Part shown: one piece after another, positions 13,371 through 27,181 of the stretch | Numbering within the stretch: position 1 is the first letter of the stretch | How the letters are laid out: each line of letters opens with the position of its first letter | Origin: Eledone cirrhosa | Lineage: Eukaryota | Reading direction: 5' to 3' | NCBI GenBank assembly: GCA_964016885.1 | Contig: OZ024742.1 | Span: forward strand, 100,688,001-100,752,000 | Length of the DNA stretch: 64,000 nucleotides | The notes under the pieces: model-generated | What the model saw: the letters and a program-made list of their open reading frames with translations, nothing else | Databases searched by the model: none | What the model was told of the DNA's origin: nothing | Position numbers and translations under genes: made by a program

Positions 13371-14100
13371 ATGTTTGTAAATAATAATGCAGTTATTGCT
13401 CTAATCAGTCTACAAACACTCAATAAACACCCTACACCAAATGCCAACCTCTGCTCATGACTCCTGCCAAACCAAATTATACTCACCCTCCAAATTCAAC
13501 AAATCAAAAACAGACCACCCATCTTCCCATGTACATATTTTACCTCAATCCATTCTGCAGCTGAGAGTTAAGCTTATAATACCCTGCCATCCTGTCCTGG
13601 GGAGAGTTTTCTACATCCACTTACTTAATACCAATGAAGCCAGAATAATTACTTGCTTGATCAACTTCTGGGGCACACACAGACTTTAAAATTAGTATTT
13701 GATGGTCTTCAGCATAGTTTTCATCTATGAAATTTCACTCATATGGCATTGGTCAACCCAAGGATATGACAGATTTGTCCAACAAAATCAGAATTACATG
13801 GTTGTGAAGCAAACTTCTTAACCACAAAACCATTGCTTGGACCCATTATATATAAACACAGAGATATATTTTCCTCAAAAATAAATATATTTATATGAAC
13901 ATAAGTTTGAAGCTGATTATCTATATGATTATATGCATATACATACATTAATATATTATAATTAAAATGTTGTGTATATATGGATATATATATTTATATA
14001 TATACATGTGTATCATGATGATACATATCCTCTACGTTCTGTGTAAGTGAGTGTTTAATATATATACATATAGACATATGTATGTATACATATACACATG

Positions 14101-14452
14101 CATCATCATCATCATCATCATCATCATCATTTTACGTCCGCTTTTCCCTGCTTGCAAGGGTGGGACAGGAACTGCTTCTGGCTTGATTTCTACAGCTGGA
14201 TGCCCTTCCTAACACCAACCTCATTTACAGTGAGTGCTGGGTGCTTTTTTTCCGTGGCGCCTACACGACCACTTTGCAGTGGAATGATAGGGGGCCCTAG
14301 TCCTATCATTTCATTTCTACAGCTGAGTAAACTGGAGCAATGTGAAATAAAGTGTCTTGCTCAAGGAAACAACACATCACCCGGTCTGAGAATTGAACTC
14401 ACAACCTTTCGATTGCAAGGCCAATGCTCTAACCACTAAGCCATGTGCCTCC
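14101..14452 (-). mobile_element. Full-length tRNA-derived CORE-type SINE with RTE tail (family B)
   Basis: Head GGAGGCACATGGCTTAGTGGTTAGAGC (A box), GAGTTCAATTC (B box), CORE-like CCTTGAGCAAGACACTT, GGAAGGGCATCCAGC domain, tail CCTGTCCCACCCTTGCAAGCAGGGAAAAGCGGACGTAAAATGATGAT. Second copy at 45988-46390. Confidence 0.85.
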
Positions 14453-14677
14453 ATATATAGATGCATGTAAAATACATGTAAATCAGTGATGATATCACCT
14501 ACAGATACACATATACATGCATATATTTGCATGTATATATTCACATATATATATATATATATTGTGTGTGTATATATATATATTTATATATATATATATA
14601 TTTATATATATATTTATATACATATATATATATATATATGCAACACCTACATAAACTGATACACACACAGACACATA

Positions 14678-14786
<109 letters not shown>

Positions 14787-15006
14787 GTGGAAGTAGGGTG
14801 TTTCTGCTTTTATCTCCTCAATTATTAACCACAAAGCTAAATTTCAAGTTGATGTTTTATGAATTATTAAATTCAGCTAAAACCACAGATTGTCATTTTT
14901 TATTGGAATAAATTCAAAACACCAACAACCAATATATGATAAAATATAATAATAAAATATGAAATAGCTTTTGAAACTAACTGCAATCTATAGCTTCTCA
15001 CTCTCT

Positions 15007-15107
<101 letters not shown>

Positions 15108-15749
15108 GACACCATACTACAGTAGCAGCAGAAACAACAAGCATGGTATAGCAGTGGTGGTGTAGTACAGGATGGAACTAGAGGCCAAAGAAATTACACC
15201 AAAGGCTAAGCTTTAAAATGTCATCATATGTATATGCAAAACTTTTCTGTTGAAATGGGATTAAATAGTTGGTTTGAAGTCTGCTGTTTAAATCTTAATA
15301 TCCTTTACAGCAAAGGTTCTCAACGGGGGGCATATGCACCTCCAGGGGGCGTTTTAGAACTCTAGGGGGGCATTAGAGGGGCGCTGGAAGGCTCTTTACT
15401 TTGGTAAGTTTTATAAACCATATTTGTATGTCTCTGAGACAGCCAGTATGAATGCATTTAAATGAGCATGCAGACAGCATAACTATGGTCTGACCGCAGC
15501 TGTGAGCAGGCGTTTCTATACATTAACTGGTAATTGAGATCCTAAAATTGGAAAAACCCACAGTCAACTGGGTCAAGAGACACTTTGAGTGCAGCCAGTT
15601 AGAATCTTGTCTTTCCTTCACCGGTAACAATATATTTCATGTCTGAAATCATTGACTCAAACGTAACGAGTTAACACTATGTAGATCTATTTTATTCCCT
15701 ATTGTATAAATAATATTACAATTAAAAAAAGAAAAGAAAAAATACAGGA

Positions 15750-16187
15750 GCGGGTAGCACACACATCTAGGACCACATACAACACATAAGAAGGTAATAC
15801 GCACATCTAGGACCACATACAACACATAATCAGGTAGCACACACATCTAGGACCACATACAACACACAGGCAGGTAATACATACAGCTAGGACCACATGC
15901 AATACATAATCAGGTAGCACACACATCTAGAACCACATACAACACATAATCAGGTAATACAAATATCTAGGACCACATACAACACATAATCAGGTAACAC
16001 ATACATCTAGAACCATATACAACACATAAGGAGGTAATACACACATCTAGGACCACATACAACACACAAGCAGGTAATACATACAGCTATGTTCAGATGC
16101 AATATATAAGCAGGTAGTACATACATGTAGGACTACATACAACACACAGGCAAGTAATACATACATCTAGGACCACATACAACACAC
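15750..16187. repeat. About 40-bp minisatellite (about 11 units) inside the hAT element
   Basis: Unit CAGGTAGCACACACATCTAGGACCACATACAACACATAAT repeated with variants. Confidence 0.9.
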
Positions 16188-17251
16188 GTTGTATCATGTG
16201 CTACGGACGACGCAAGAGCAATAGTCGGCCAACATAAGGGTTTCGTCACTCTTCTGAAGAGAGAAAATCTATCTGTATTTGTTGTTCAGTGTGTCATTCA
16301 TTGACAACACTTGGCTGCGAAGAAACTCAGTGAGCCGCTGAGCAAGTCCTTGCAGGTGGCCATTGATGTCATCAATTTTATCAAACACCATTCCCTCAAT
16401 GAACGAATTTTCCGGCAACTGTGCCAAGATAATGACAAAGAATTCGTTAAGCTGCTCCTTCATACTGAAGTGAAATGGCTTTCAAAGGGCAAGGGGCTTA
16501 CTCACTTCTTTGAACTGTTCGACTCTATCATTGAATTTCTTCGAGGACGCAACACAGAACTGTACAAGAAAACCCTTGATGTTAGGCAAGATTGTGCCTA
16601 CCTCGCCAACATCTTCGACAAATACAATAGCGTCATTATGGCTTTGCAGGGGAAGAAGATCACCTTGTTTAAAGCAAAGAGTGCTGTGAAAACATTGCTG
16701 GCCAAATTGAATGTCATCGAAAGGATCTTTGTTGACAGGAATTCTATAATTTTCCTAGTGTCGCCAATGTTCAAAACATTGTGAGTGATGACCAACTCCA
16801 AATTTATAACACTCACCTCTGTGCGCTACAAGACAACATGTAAGAATGGTTTGTTGACCTTTTGCCGATGGACATCCCAATGTGGATAGCAGATCCCTTC
16901 ATAGCTACTGTCGACAATTTGGACGTTGAATTTCACGAAGAATTCATTGAACTTCAAACAGATGACATGATCAAAATTAGATTTCCTAAAATAGGTGAAC
17001 CTCTTTTTGGGATGCAAGAGGAAATTCAGTGTTGATTTCCACACCTACATTCAGCGGCTAAGAGATTTGCTCTGTCTTGTACAAGCTCATACTTAGTCGA
17101 GAAGAGGTTTGGTGCTGTTTCCAGACTGCACAACAAGTCTCGCAACCGCTACAATGTAATTACATGTGGAGATCTCTGGCTACATCTTACGAAAATTCAG
17201 CCTCACGTGAAAGAGTTAGCTAGACTCCATGAAGCTCAAGGGTTCCATTGA
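16188..17251 (+). pseudogene. hAT Buster-type transposase, C-terminal portion, disrupted
   Basis: SCATDDARAIVG..QCVIH*QHLAAKKL..LLLHTEVKWLSKGK..AYLANIF..SYLVEKRFGAV..GDLWLHLTKIQP..AQG; stops and frameshifts; N-terminus missing. Confidence 0.9.
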
Positions 17252-18054
17252 AATGAGGTCAAAGTTAAAGTAATTTGATTTATCCGAAAACTTAGATATG
17301 CTATTGTTACGAAGCAAACTAACAATTTTTTTTTTTTTTTTTTTTTTTTTTTAGTAATCGACTGATATCAAAATCAGTAGTATATTGAAATATGGAAAAA
17401 TAGGATAGGGGGCGTTTCGTGATTTTGAGGGACAAAAGGGAGCGTTTGGCCTAAATGGGTTGAGAACCTGTGCTTTACAGCATGAAACCATATTAGCAAG
17501 ACATTCTTGAAAAATATAATACAGCATTATGACTGTATCACATTCAAAATTAAAGTCTTTACATTAACACTGCAAATTTTAACAACAATTTGTCTACTAG
17601 TAAAGATGATATAAACATTTGAACGTACAAAGTACAAGACAGCGTTATGATTGCATCACAATAAATTTATAAACCCATTTTTAAATATTTTCTGCTAAAT
17701 CAATACAGGATGGTAGTTAATGCCTAGTCTGTGAAAGTCATGAGTTCGATACCTCAGATATGGCAGCGTATTGGGACCTTTACACCAGCCTATGTCATTC
17801 CCTTGGACAATATCAACCAGTGTACCACAGAACTCTAGGATTCTGGGGTACATCGGTTGAGAAATGCTGGGTTAGAGTGTTGGTTTCATCATTATAGGGT
17901 CGTGAGTTCACTTCTTGGACTGAGCAGTGTGTTGTGTTTCTATAAAACTCCATCAAACATCCCTCCAGTATCACCCAGCTGTGCTGTTCAATGAGATAAA
18001 CATGTACATAGACAGATGAAGATATAGACACACTGATAGCTCTCTCTCTATCTA

Positions 18055-18101
<47 letters not shown>

Positions 18102-18114
18102 ATATATACACACG

Positions 18115-18148
<34 letters not shown>

Positions 18149-18334
18149 CATATCTAGCTGTCAGATTTAGCTGTCGAAACGGCCAGAGCTCAGCTGTTAG
18201 GGTCCTGACTCTTTTCATATATATATATATAAAATCATTTTTATTTCCGCTTTTCCATGCTTCCATGGATTGGACTACTTCTTTCCATCAATAGTCTCCC
18301 TCCACTAACGTATTATATATGTATATATAACAGA

Positions 18335-18419
18335 AGTCCGACGAGCTTTTGATTCCAGGGTCAGGCCAGATCGATACAGATTGAACTTTGAGCTGATCAA
18401 TAGCGAAACGTGCGTCACT
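18335..18419 (+). ncRNA. Minimal type-I hammerhead ribozyme fold, U4C core variant
   Basis: AGT-CCGACGA-GCTTTTGATT...GATCAATAGC-GAAAC-GTGC-GTC-ACT, with AATAAA at 18424; sits in a roughly 140-bp island between (TA)n tracts. Confidence 0.6.
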
Positions 18420-18482
18420 ACTCAATAAACGTAATGAAGACCTAACAAATCGCCCTTTTTATTATTAGTATATATATATATA

Positions 18483-18720
18483 AAAGCACCCAGCCAACAC
18501 TGTAAAGTGGACGTGTAGGCGTCACGGAAAAAGCACCCAGCACTCACTGTAAATGAGGTTGGTGTTAGGAAGGGCATCCAGCTGTAGAAATCAAGCCAAA
18601 ATCAGTTCCTGTATGAGCAAGGCATGGTCAGCCGACCAGACACTGCCCACAACAGGACAACCCGTCTAACCCATGCTAGCATGGAAGAACGGACGTAAAA
18701 CGGTAATGATGATGATGATA
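18483..18720 (+). mobile_element. RTE-tailed element 3' fragment
   Basis: Two 48-bp units, GGTTGGTGTTAGGAAGGGCATCCAGC, tail GGACGTAAAACGGTAATGATGAT. Confidence 0.8.
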
Positions 18721-18749
18721 TATATATATAATATGGAAAACGAAGAATA

Positions 18750-19705
18750 TACGGATTAGACGGGCTGTCCCATTCTGAGACAAGTCAGATCGGATGACCA
18801 TGACTTGCTCACACAGAATTGATTTTAGTTTACTTTCTATGGCTGGATGCCCTTTCAAATGCCAACCACATTTACAGTGTGGACTAGGGACGTGGGGATT
18901 AGGGAGGTAGATCTAGGGGTATGGGTGAGGGGTGGAGTGTTAGGACGTAGGTGGGTAAAGTGGCACATACTAGATGCATGCCTTAACCCGTGTGCATGGG
19001 AAGGTTGGTTTTCTGTATTACTGCATAATGCCAGAGATCACAGTCCTGTGTCATCACCTTTGAGAGGCGCATTTGTGCAAGGTCAACTTTTATCACCTCA
19101 CCCCAAGTCTTCCTAAGCCTTCCTACTCCCTAGCTTCCATCAACTTTGAGCACTCTGCAACTTTTTATACAGCTGTGATCCTTCATATGCATTGCATGTC
19201 CATACCAACACAATCTCCTCCCTGGCATACTGCATCTGATCCCTCTTATGCCCAGTTTCTCTCTCAGTTCCTTTATGCTTTGCCATTCATATATATTACT
19301 ACTGCACATCCATTGAAGCATGGAAGCTTCATTTCTTTCCAAGCTTCGCAGGTCCCCTGCACAAAATGACCAGGTCTCACTACCATGCAACATTGCTGTT
19401 CATATACATGCATCATACTATCTGCCCTTCATTTTGAGGAAAAAACATTTTGTAGTTAACAGTGGCAGTAGCTCCCTGAACTTTCTCCTACCCATTCTCA
19501 CTCTGGCTACTGTACTTCAGAACACCCTCCTCCACTGCTAATTTGGTTACCCAAGTAACAGAAACTATTTACTACTTCTACAGAATTTCTTCTCTAATTC
19601 TGCCATAGATTTAGCTATGGGTTAGGTCATCTGCATACAGAAGTTCCCATGGGTAGCCAGTCTTAAACTCCTCTGATATAGCCTGCAGAATGATAATAAA
19701 CAGGA
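18750..19705 (-). mobile_element. 5'-truncated, internally deleted RTE LINE
   Basis: LFIIILQAISEEFKTGYPWELLYADDL, joined after ELEKKF to EVVNSFCYLG; then MLHGSETW..LCWYGHAMHM and a 3' UTR with the GGCATCCAGCC domain. Confidence 0.85.
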
Positions 19706-19724
19706 TATCTATATCTATATAATA

Positions 19725-19890
19725 TATTTATTAAAATAACAGATTAAAGTTTAAGCAAAGAATCACTGCTTTCACCCTTAACGGGGTCTTCTGAAACTAA
19801 CAAAGTCAATCTGTGAACGCAGAAGTGGATATTTCAAAAAACATTGCAACCGGAGGAAGACAGGAAGACGATACTTTGGTTCATGGATTT
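19725..19890 (-). mobile_element. Fragment of a hammerhead-like-bearing repeat (same family as 59230-59585)
   Basis: Reverse complement of about 59430-59585; contains AGTTT-CAGAAGA-CCCCGTTAAGGGT-GAAA-GCA..TGC-TT-AAACT at 19748-19798. Confidence 0.7.
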
Positions 19891-20339
19891 CAGTCTTCAA
19901 ATTTATTATTATTACTATAGATAATATATATAGTTATATATATATAGCAGACTTTAGATAATGATGATGATAATGATATGAGGTGGGGGTGATATATGAG
20001 TGTGGTCTTATGCTTCTGAATGTCTAACTGAATTTTAGCTGTGGTGGTGTGGTGTGGTGTTATGGAAATAACACTGGATTATGTAGATGTGTATGAATGA
20101 GTGGTGTGTGTGAGTGTGCATGTGATTTTGTCTGTTCTAGCTGATTGGTGATGAGATTGCAGGAGGTAAGGAGAAGGGAGAGTTAGTTTCCATATAAAAA
20201 AAACTAGATAGTGGTGAGGGGAGAGGTGGTAGTGATGGTTTGGAAGTCACACATCTTTTTGTCTGTATGTTTGAATGTCTGGAGACAGGAGTAAAGATTT
20301 GAATAGAGCAAGTGTGTGTAGTGATGGGTTTGTTATTAT

Positions 20340-20840
20340 ATAGGTTGTAGTTGTAGTAGTGTTGGTGGTGTTGCTGTTGTTGTTGGTGGTGGTGGTGGTG
20401 ACTATGGTAATGTTGGTGGTGGCAGTGGTGGTGTTGGTGGTGGTTGTGGTGGTGTTGGTTTTGGTAGTGTTGGTGGTGGTGGTGGTGGTACTGTTGGTGG
20501 TGGTGGTGGTGGTGGTGGTGGTGACAATGGTAGTGTTGGTGGTAGTGTTGGTGCTGGTAGTGGTTGTGGTAGTGGTAGTCTTGGTAGTGGTGGTGGGGAT
20601 GACAGTTGGGGTGTTGGTGGTGATGGTGTTATTGTTAGTGGTGACAGTGGTAGTGTTGGGGGTGATGGTGTTGGCGGTGATAGTGTGGCTGATGGTGGTG
20701 ACAGTGGTGGTGTTGGCGGTGGTGGTGGTGGTGGTGGTGGTAGTGTTCATGGTGATGGTAGTGGTTGGTGGTGGTGGTGCTACTGCTGATGGTGGCAACA
20801 GTGGTAGTGTTGGTGGTGGTGATGGTAGTGGTGGTGTTAG
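20340..20840. repeat. (GGT/GTT/GTA)n trinucleotide low-complexity tract
   Basis: Directly visible; gives poly-Val and poly-Thr ORFs. Confidence 0.9.
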
Positions 20841-20979
20841 CCAGATAAGCCTCCTCATCATTTGTTTGTGTGTGTTTCTCTTTGTTTTTCCCCTCATTGT
20901 GCCACCTCACCCCTAAAATAGGTCACCAAAGACAAAGCAGACTTACTGAGCACCCATTCTCATTACATACACACATACA

Positions 20980-21720
20980 TGCATATATAGATATGCATAT
21001 ATAGATATACATATATAGATATGCATATATAGATATGCATATATAGATATGCATATATAGATATACATATATAGATATACATATATAGATATACATATAT
21101 AGATATACATATATAGATATACATATATAGATATACATATATAGATATGCATATATAGATATGCATATATAGATATGGATATATAGATATACATATATAG
21201 ATATACATATATAGATATGCATATATAGATATGCATATATAGATATACATATATAGATATACATATATAGATATGGATATATAGATATACATATATAGAT
21301 ATGCATATATAGATATACATATATAGATATACATATATAGATATACATATATAGATATGCATATATAGATATGGATATATAGATATACATATATAGATAT
21401 GCATATATAGATATGGATATATAGATATACATATATAGATATACATATATAAATAAATATATAGATATGGATATATAGATATACATATATAGATATACAT
21501 ATATAGATATACATATATAGATATACATATATAGATATACATATATAGATATGCATATATAGATATACATATATAGATATGGATATATAGATATACATAT
21601 ATAGATATACATATATAGATATGCATATATAGATATGGATATATAGATACACATATATAGATATACATATATAGATATACATATATAGATAAATATATAG
21701 ATATGGATATATAGATATAC
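20980..21720. repeat. 14-bp satellite ATATATAGATAT(AC/GC/GG), about 50 units
   Basis: Nearly constant 12-mer with a variable terminal dinucleotide. Confidence 0.92.
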
Positions 21721-22235
21721 ATAACATATACAAACAGGCATATCATAATACATACACACATCATCACCATACACCCAAACACATAGATACATACACATCA
21801 CTCATATACATACATATACATCACTTATATACAATAGATATAAATCCTCATATACATACATACACGTCACTCATATACATACATATGCATCATTCATATA
21901 CATACATATCACTCATATACATGCATACAAATATACACATGTATATACATACACATGCATGCATGCATACAAACATATTACACATACACATAGATACACA
22001 CATATACATAAACACATATACATAAACACATATATATGCATCTAATTTCCTTGCAGTCTTATCAAACATTGCTCTCATGAATTTTTGCTTGTTTAAATAA
22101 CTGCATTAGAGAGGGTGGGAGGTGTAGGAGTGAGGAAGGGAGAAAGGAAGAGGAGTAAAAGATAAGAGAGAGTGTGAGGAGGAAGATGAAGAGCAAGAAA
22201 GAGTAAAAGAGTAAAAGACAAATGAGAAGACAAGC

Positions 22236-22327
<92 letters not shown>

Positions 22328-23593
22328 ATGAGAGTGGGAAGAGGATGAGATAGAAGAGGTAAGAGAAAGTGTGAGAGGGGGAGGAAAGGACAGTGTGAGA
22401 CAGAAAAGGAACTAAGAGAAAGAGTGAGAGGGGGAGAGGAAAAAACAGTGTGAGAGAGAAGAGAAGGGACAGCTTGAGAGCAGGAAGAGATGACAGAAAG
22501 AGTGAGAGGGGGAGACTGTATAAGAGAGGGAGAAGTGGGAGGAATCAAATTGATGCCAGTTGAAATATATATATTAGAACCATCGTCTTTTTTACCTCCA
22601 TTTTTACATGCTTGTATGCATTGGACAAGTTCTTTTCAGCATCTCTCCATTCTTCTTCATTCAAATGTTTAATCATCATCATCATCATCGTTTAATGTCC
22701 TCCTTCCCTGCTAGCAAGGGTTAGACAGGTCTACATAGACCAAGTCAGTACTGAAGCAGTGGCTACTGATCTCCCAAACAAACCAGTGATCTGTTGTCTC
22801 ACTTATGTATGGTCTCACATTCTACTGTGTGCACAGGGGCAGTTGTCATGTCTTTGACACAACTGAGAGTTTTCTCAACCTTTTGTTTGACAAGCTTTCA
22901 ATAGATGGATGCCCTTCCTATCACCAACCACTTTACAGCATGTACTGAATGTGTTTATCTAGTAGATCACCAAACACTAGGGAAGCTGTCAGGCCTTGGT
23001 ATTACTGAAGGTTTAATATATTTATATATATACTTTGTTACAAACCCTACCATGGGTTCTATAATCTTCAGATAAGTTCCCAACAAGCTAAACCTAGATA
23101 TAATGATTTTTTTGGAGCCAGTGTTCTTCTCCTATCTCTAGTACTTTCAAGAAAGGCTCTTTGAATACAAGCAATTATTCTTCACTCAGTGAAATCAATA
23201 GAACGAATGATTTACTGATTTATACCAGTGATTACAAATAATTAAACAGGAAAAAAGATATTTATTGCATCACTGTGTATGTGTGTGGCATAAATAGTTT
23301 ATCACTTTTACCTGCCTTTCATCAATTATCAGATCTTTTATTCATAATATTCTACTAAGCTTATTCAGGTGGGCTAACAGCAACATACACAGGTGTGCTA
23401 TCTGGTCTTACCTCTACCTCATATTGATGTTAACAATATCTCATGTTCATATCATAGCACTTATATTGATATATCTTCCATGGTTTTTACTTCACATCTT
23501 TTTATTTAGTTATCTATGTGTGAGTGTGGGTATATATATATATATTTATGCATATATGTATGTATATATATGTGTGCAGTATATATATATATA

Positions 23594-23775
23594 CTGTATT
23601 CTTCCGAGTATACTGAATAGTTTTTTTTCCCCTTTTTTCTTTGTTTGTTTAGGTAGTGTGCAGTATACACCATAACTAAATATTATACACCAAAACTAGG
23701 GTTTTCCAGGTATTTTTCTGGTCAAAATGGGGTATGCATTATACACAAATGTGTGCAATACTGGGAAGAATATGG
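23594..23775. mobile_element. Tc1/pogo-type MITE
   Basis: Imperfect TIRs CTGTATTCTTCCGAGTAT / ATACTGGGAAGAATATGG flanked by TA. Confidence 0.6.
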
Positions 23776-23865
23776 TATATACCCATGTAAGCATAGAAAA
23801 TAGCCATTCAGTATTAATGATGATGATGATATATATTATGTATATGTGGGGATATATATATATAT

Positions 23866-24120
23866 GGAGGCATGTGGCCTAGTGGTAAAGGTGTTAGACT
23901 TACAACCATAATGTTGTGGGTTCAATCCCTGGGTTGCATGTTGTGTTCTTGAGCAAAACACTTCATTTCATGTTGCTCCAGTATACTCAGCTGAAAATGA
24001 GTACTAGCAATAGCTGGGGGTTTAACCCTGCGATGTCCAGGAGGGAATTTTGTACCTCTCAGTTGCTTCATAAGTTTTGTACTCTCAGTCACTTCTGACT
24101 TGAGACAGACTTTAGACTTC
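23866..24120 (+). mobile_element. tRNA/CORE-type SINE with a different 3' module
   Basis: GGAGGCATGTGGCCTAGTGG A box, GGTTCAATCC B box, TTCTTGAGCAAAACACTT core shared with family B; the 3' half is unrelated. Confidence 0.7.
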
Positions 24121-24494
24121 AGATATATCATCATCATCACCATTTTACATCTATTTTTCCATGCTTGCATGGGTTAGATAGGTTAGGTGACCATGTCTTG
24201 CACATACAGATAATATATGAAACCAAGCACAGAGATGCTATAAAATAGCTTATAAAATAGAGTGAAAAACCTTAAAAGATGAGAAAAGAAGTTATCACAG
24301 GTTTGCTTATGTAAACAGGAGAAACCAAACTCAATTCACGGGTAGAGTGAGGTATATTATATTATAACGGCAATGCTATATCAGTTATTCAAGGACCAAG
24401 GGTTTCATGCCTAATGGACTTTTCCTGGATTCAAGCACAAAACTCCCAATCCTTGAATTACTAGTATAGATTTACAGCTATAATAAAATATATC

Positions 24495-25100
24495 CATAGC
24501 ATGCGCATCGGCGTTTCCCTAAGGTTCGGCTTCCTGGATCTGCCAGCCACACCCATGTCGCTGCGGTTCCACCACGTGGACTCTTTCGGCCTCCATCCGC
24601 TTTCCTGTCGCCACAGTGCTGGCTGCATACCACACCATGCTGCCCTCAACGAGGTCATTAAGCATGGCTTGGACGCTGCAGGCTTCCCTTCCCAGCTCAA
24701 GTCAGTGGGGCTGGATCAAGGGGATGGCAAAAGGCCAGATGGCATGACCATCTTCCCATTCCACGGTGGCAACCCCTCGTCTGGGATGCCACTTGCACCA
24801 ACACTTTCTGCAGCTGCAACCTGGTGCAGTCTGCGACTGACCCAGGTTCTGCTGCACATCGGGCTGAGGGGGCCAGACTCCTCAAATGTTTGTCGCTCTT
24901 CGACAGGCTTGCGGTCGTACACCTGGCAGTGGAGACTTCTGGTATCCTCGGCCCCAGGGCTACCTCCTTACTCACCACCATAGGCGCTGAGCTGGCCAGC
25001 CGCAGGTGTGAGCCAGCGAGTTGGAGTGGCTCTTCCAGCGCGTCTCCCTCGCCGTCCTCCGGGGAAACGCCTTCTCCATTCTGTCCACCGGGGCTGTGGG
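24495..25100 (+). mobile_element. CRE-clade-like non-LTR retrotransposon 3' fragment (zinc knuckle remnant + REL endonuclease)
   Basis: GC-rich island; GLHPLSCRHSAG..HAALNEVI..DGKRPDGMTIFPF..WDATC..AVETSGILGPRA, frameshifted. Confidence 0.8.
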
Positions 25101-25729
25101 TGGGCCCCATTGTGTACCATTGTAGTTGTTGTAGAAGAAACAGGAAGACAACATCTAAACTAAAACTTTACATTGTATCTACAAAGGTTATTTATGTTTA
25201 CATCTGATTTATAGTTGACACAGCAATGAGCGGGGTTTGGAAGATGTGTGTAGGTGTGTGTGGTATTTTTTTTATTTGTGTTAGCTACTGTAGAAATGAG
25301 AATGGCTCAGATGGTGAATGAAATATCAGTGAGAGAAAAGATAAACAATAAATTGCAAAGGGAATAGAGCCAGTGATGACTGTTGTAAAGAGAAATGGAA
25401 TGAGATGGTTGGGTCATCTGTTAAAGAAGGATGAACTAACTTGGTGGAAGGAATAGAACTGCTGACAAATCCTTTGAAGAGAAATGGAATGAGATGATTG
25501 GGTCATCTGTTGAGGAAGGTTATAAGTAACTGGATGGAAGGAGGTGTTGGAACTACATATGGAAGCATGTATAAAAAGGATGAGACGATGAAAGATGTGA
25601 CTAAAAATGACAGAGAAGTTAATGAAAGCTGTGTTGGTGAGAGAAGGTCCAGGGAATATGACAGCATGGAGACACTGGTCATGTTGCCCATAAGGCTAAT
25701 CCCTGCTTTAGCAGTAAAAATAGCTTTAA

Positions 25730-25950
25730 CCCTTTAGCATTTAGATTACTCTATATTTACTATTACATTTTCATGGTAAACACTTTATTTCACATAATTA
25801 TCTCACATAATATTGAATCTATGAGATTTTCATATTATTTATATTGAGAACAATACCTTAACATCAGTATGAGTGGTCAGTTACAGTCCATTTGAACAGA
25901 AAGGGGTGAGAGAATTCTGGCCAGATATGGCCGGTTTAAATGCTAAAGGG
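25730..25950. mobile_element. piggyBac-type MITE
   Basis: TTAA-CCCTTTAGCATTTA...TAAATGCTAAAGGG-TTAA; opposite orientation to the 4206 copy. Confidence 0.88.
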
Positions 25951-26591
25951 TTAAAATAATTGTTGTTTGTTAGCAGCTGCATATAACCATGAAATATTAG
26001 TGAATTCTGAAGAAATCCTGAACTGTGTTGGCCAATGTAGCTGTTACATAATTTAATGTATCACTGTAGCTTATACCAGATGGTGGCCATCACTCACCAT
26101 CATCACTATCATCACTGTTTAACATCTATTTTCCATGCTTGATAGGTTGTCACATTATGGACAAATCAGGTGACTACTTCTTGTTGATATGTTATGATTT
26201 TTACTTGATTTTCCACGGCTGGACACCCTTTCTAAAACCAACCACTATACAATGAATACTGTGAGCTTTTTAGGTGGCACCACCACTACTACGTACTGGA
26301 TGCTTTTTGTTGTGGCACCAGCACTACCACTTTACAGTGTGTACTGGATGCTTTTTGTTGTGGCAGCAGCACAGCCACCTTACAGAGCGAACAAGGTGCT
26401 TTTCATCATTGCACCAATAAAAACTATTTTCACCCCACTGGCAGAGTTATTCAAGCACCAAAGAGAATGCCTTACAATAATCATTCTGGCTCTCTGCACT
26501 CTGAGTTTAAATCCCATGATCAATAAATAAAGTACCAGTCCAATACTGGGGTTGATTTCTTTCTTTCTCCCAGGAAGAAATTCTCTGTATG

Positions 26592-26622
<31 letters not shown>

Positions 26623-27147
26623 TATATAAATATAATATATATATATATACATATGCCATGACATGATGCCCCACTTCCACCTTGGTCATAATTGACCATG
26701 GAATTGCACCTGGAAAGCACCTCTCCAAGACATGAGCTCAGGCAATGTTTTTTTTGTCGAAGACCAGCAGTCGCTTATGCATGTCAGCTTTTATGTCAGG
26801 AAGGAATGCAACTTAAATCATCTTTTCATGCTGAAATCTTCCAAGGTCCTATCAACCCATCAATCCAAGAACTCACTACATCACTACAACAATGTAGTAT
26901 AATATTTTAATTTTATACCATCATGATAGCTTATTGCATTTTTCTTTTATTGACTACAGTTTCATCTCTCTAACACACTTGTATGTTTTCTGCACCATTG
27001 TTTATGTTAAGTGAAATGCTTTTGTGTAAACACTCTTGTCAATCATTCCCCACCCCAAACCTCTTCTCTAGAGTGTTTACTCAGTACTGGATTTCTCAGT
27101 AGCTTTGATAGAGCTTCTGTCCTGTTTATATATATATATATATATAG

Positions 27148-27181
<34 letters not shown>

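Larger units (their letters stand above)
15311..17472 (+). mobile_element. Non-autonomous hAT (Buster/Charlie-type) DNA transposon
   Basis: TIRs CAAAGGTTCTCAAC / GTTGAGAACCTGTG; perfect 8-bp TSD CTTTACAG (15303-15310, 17473-17480) with central TA; GC-rich subterminal GGGGGCG motifs. Confidence 0.92.

Noticed and set aside
14370-14452. tRNA gene (also other A/B-box heads)
   Set aside because: A and B boxes are present but run directly into SINE bodies, with no complete cloverleaf acceptor stem.
20247-20916. Mucin-like poly-Thr or poly-Val ORFs
   Set aside because: Degenerate trinucleotide repeat open on both strands; no signal peptide, splice context or unique domain.
24380-24462. Hammerhead on the minus strand (GAAAC-CCTTG-GTC-CTTGAA with TTCAAG stem)
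   Set aside because: The 5' core reads GATTGGGAG, too far from CUGANGA to support a call.
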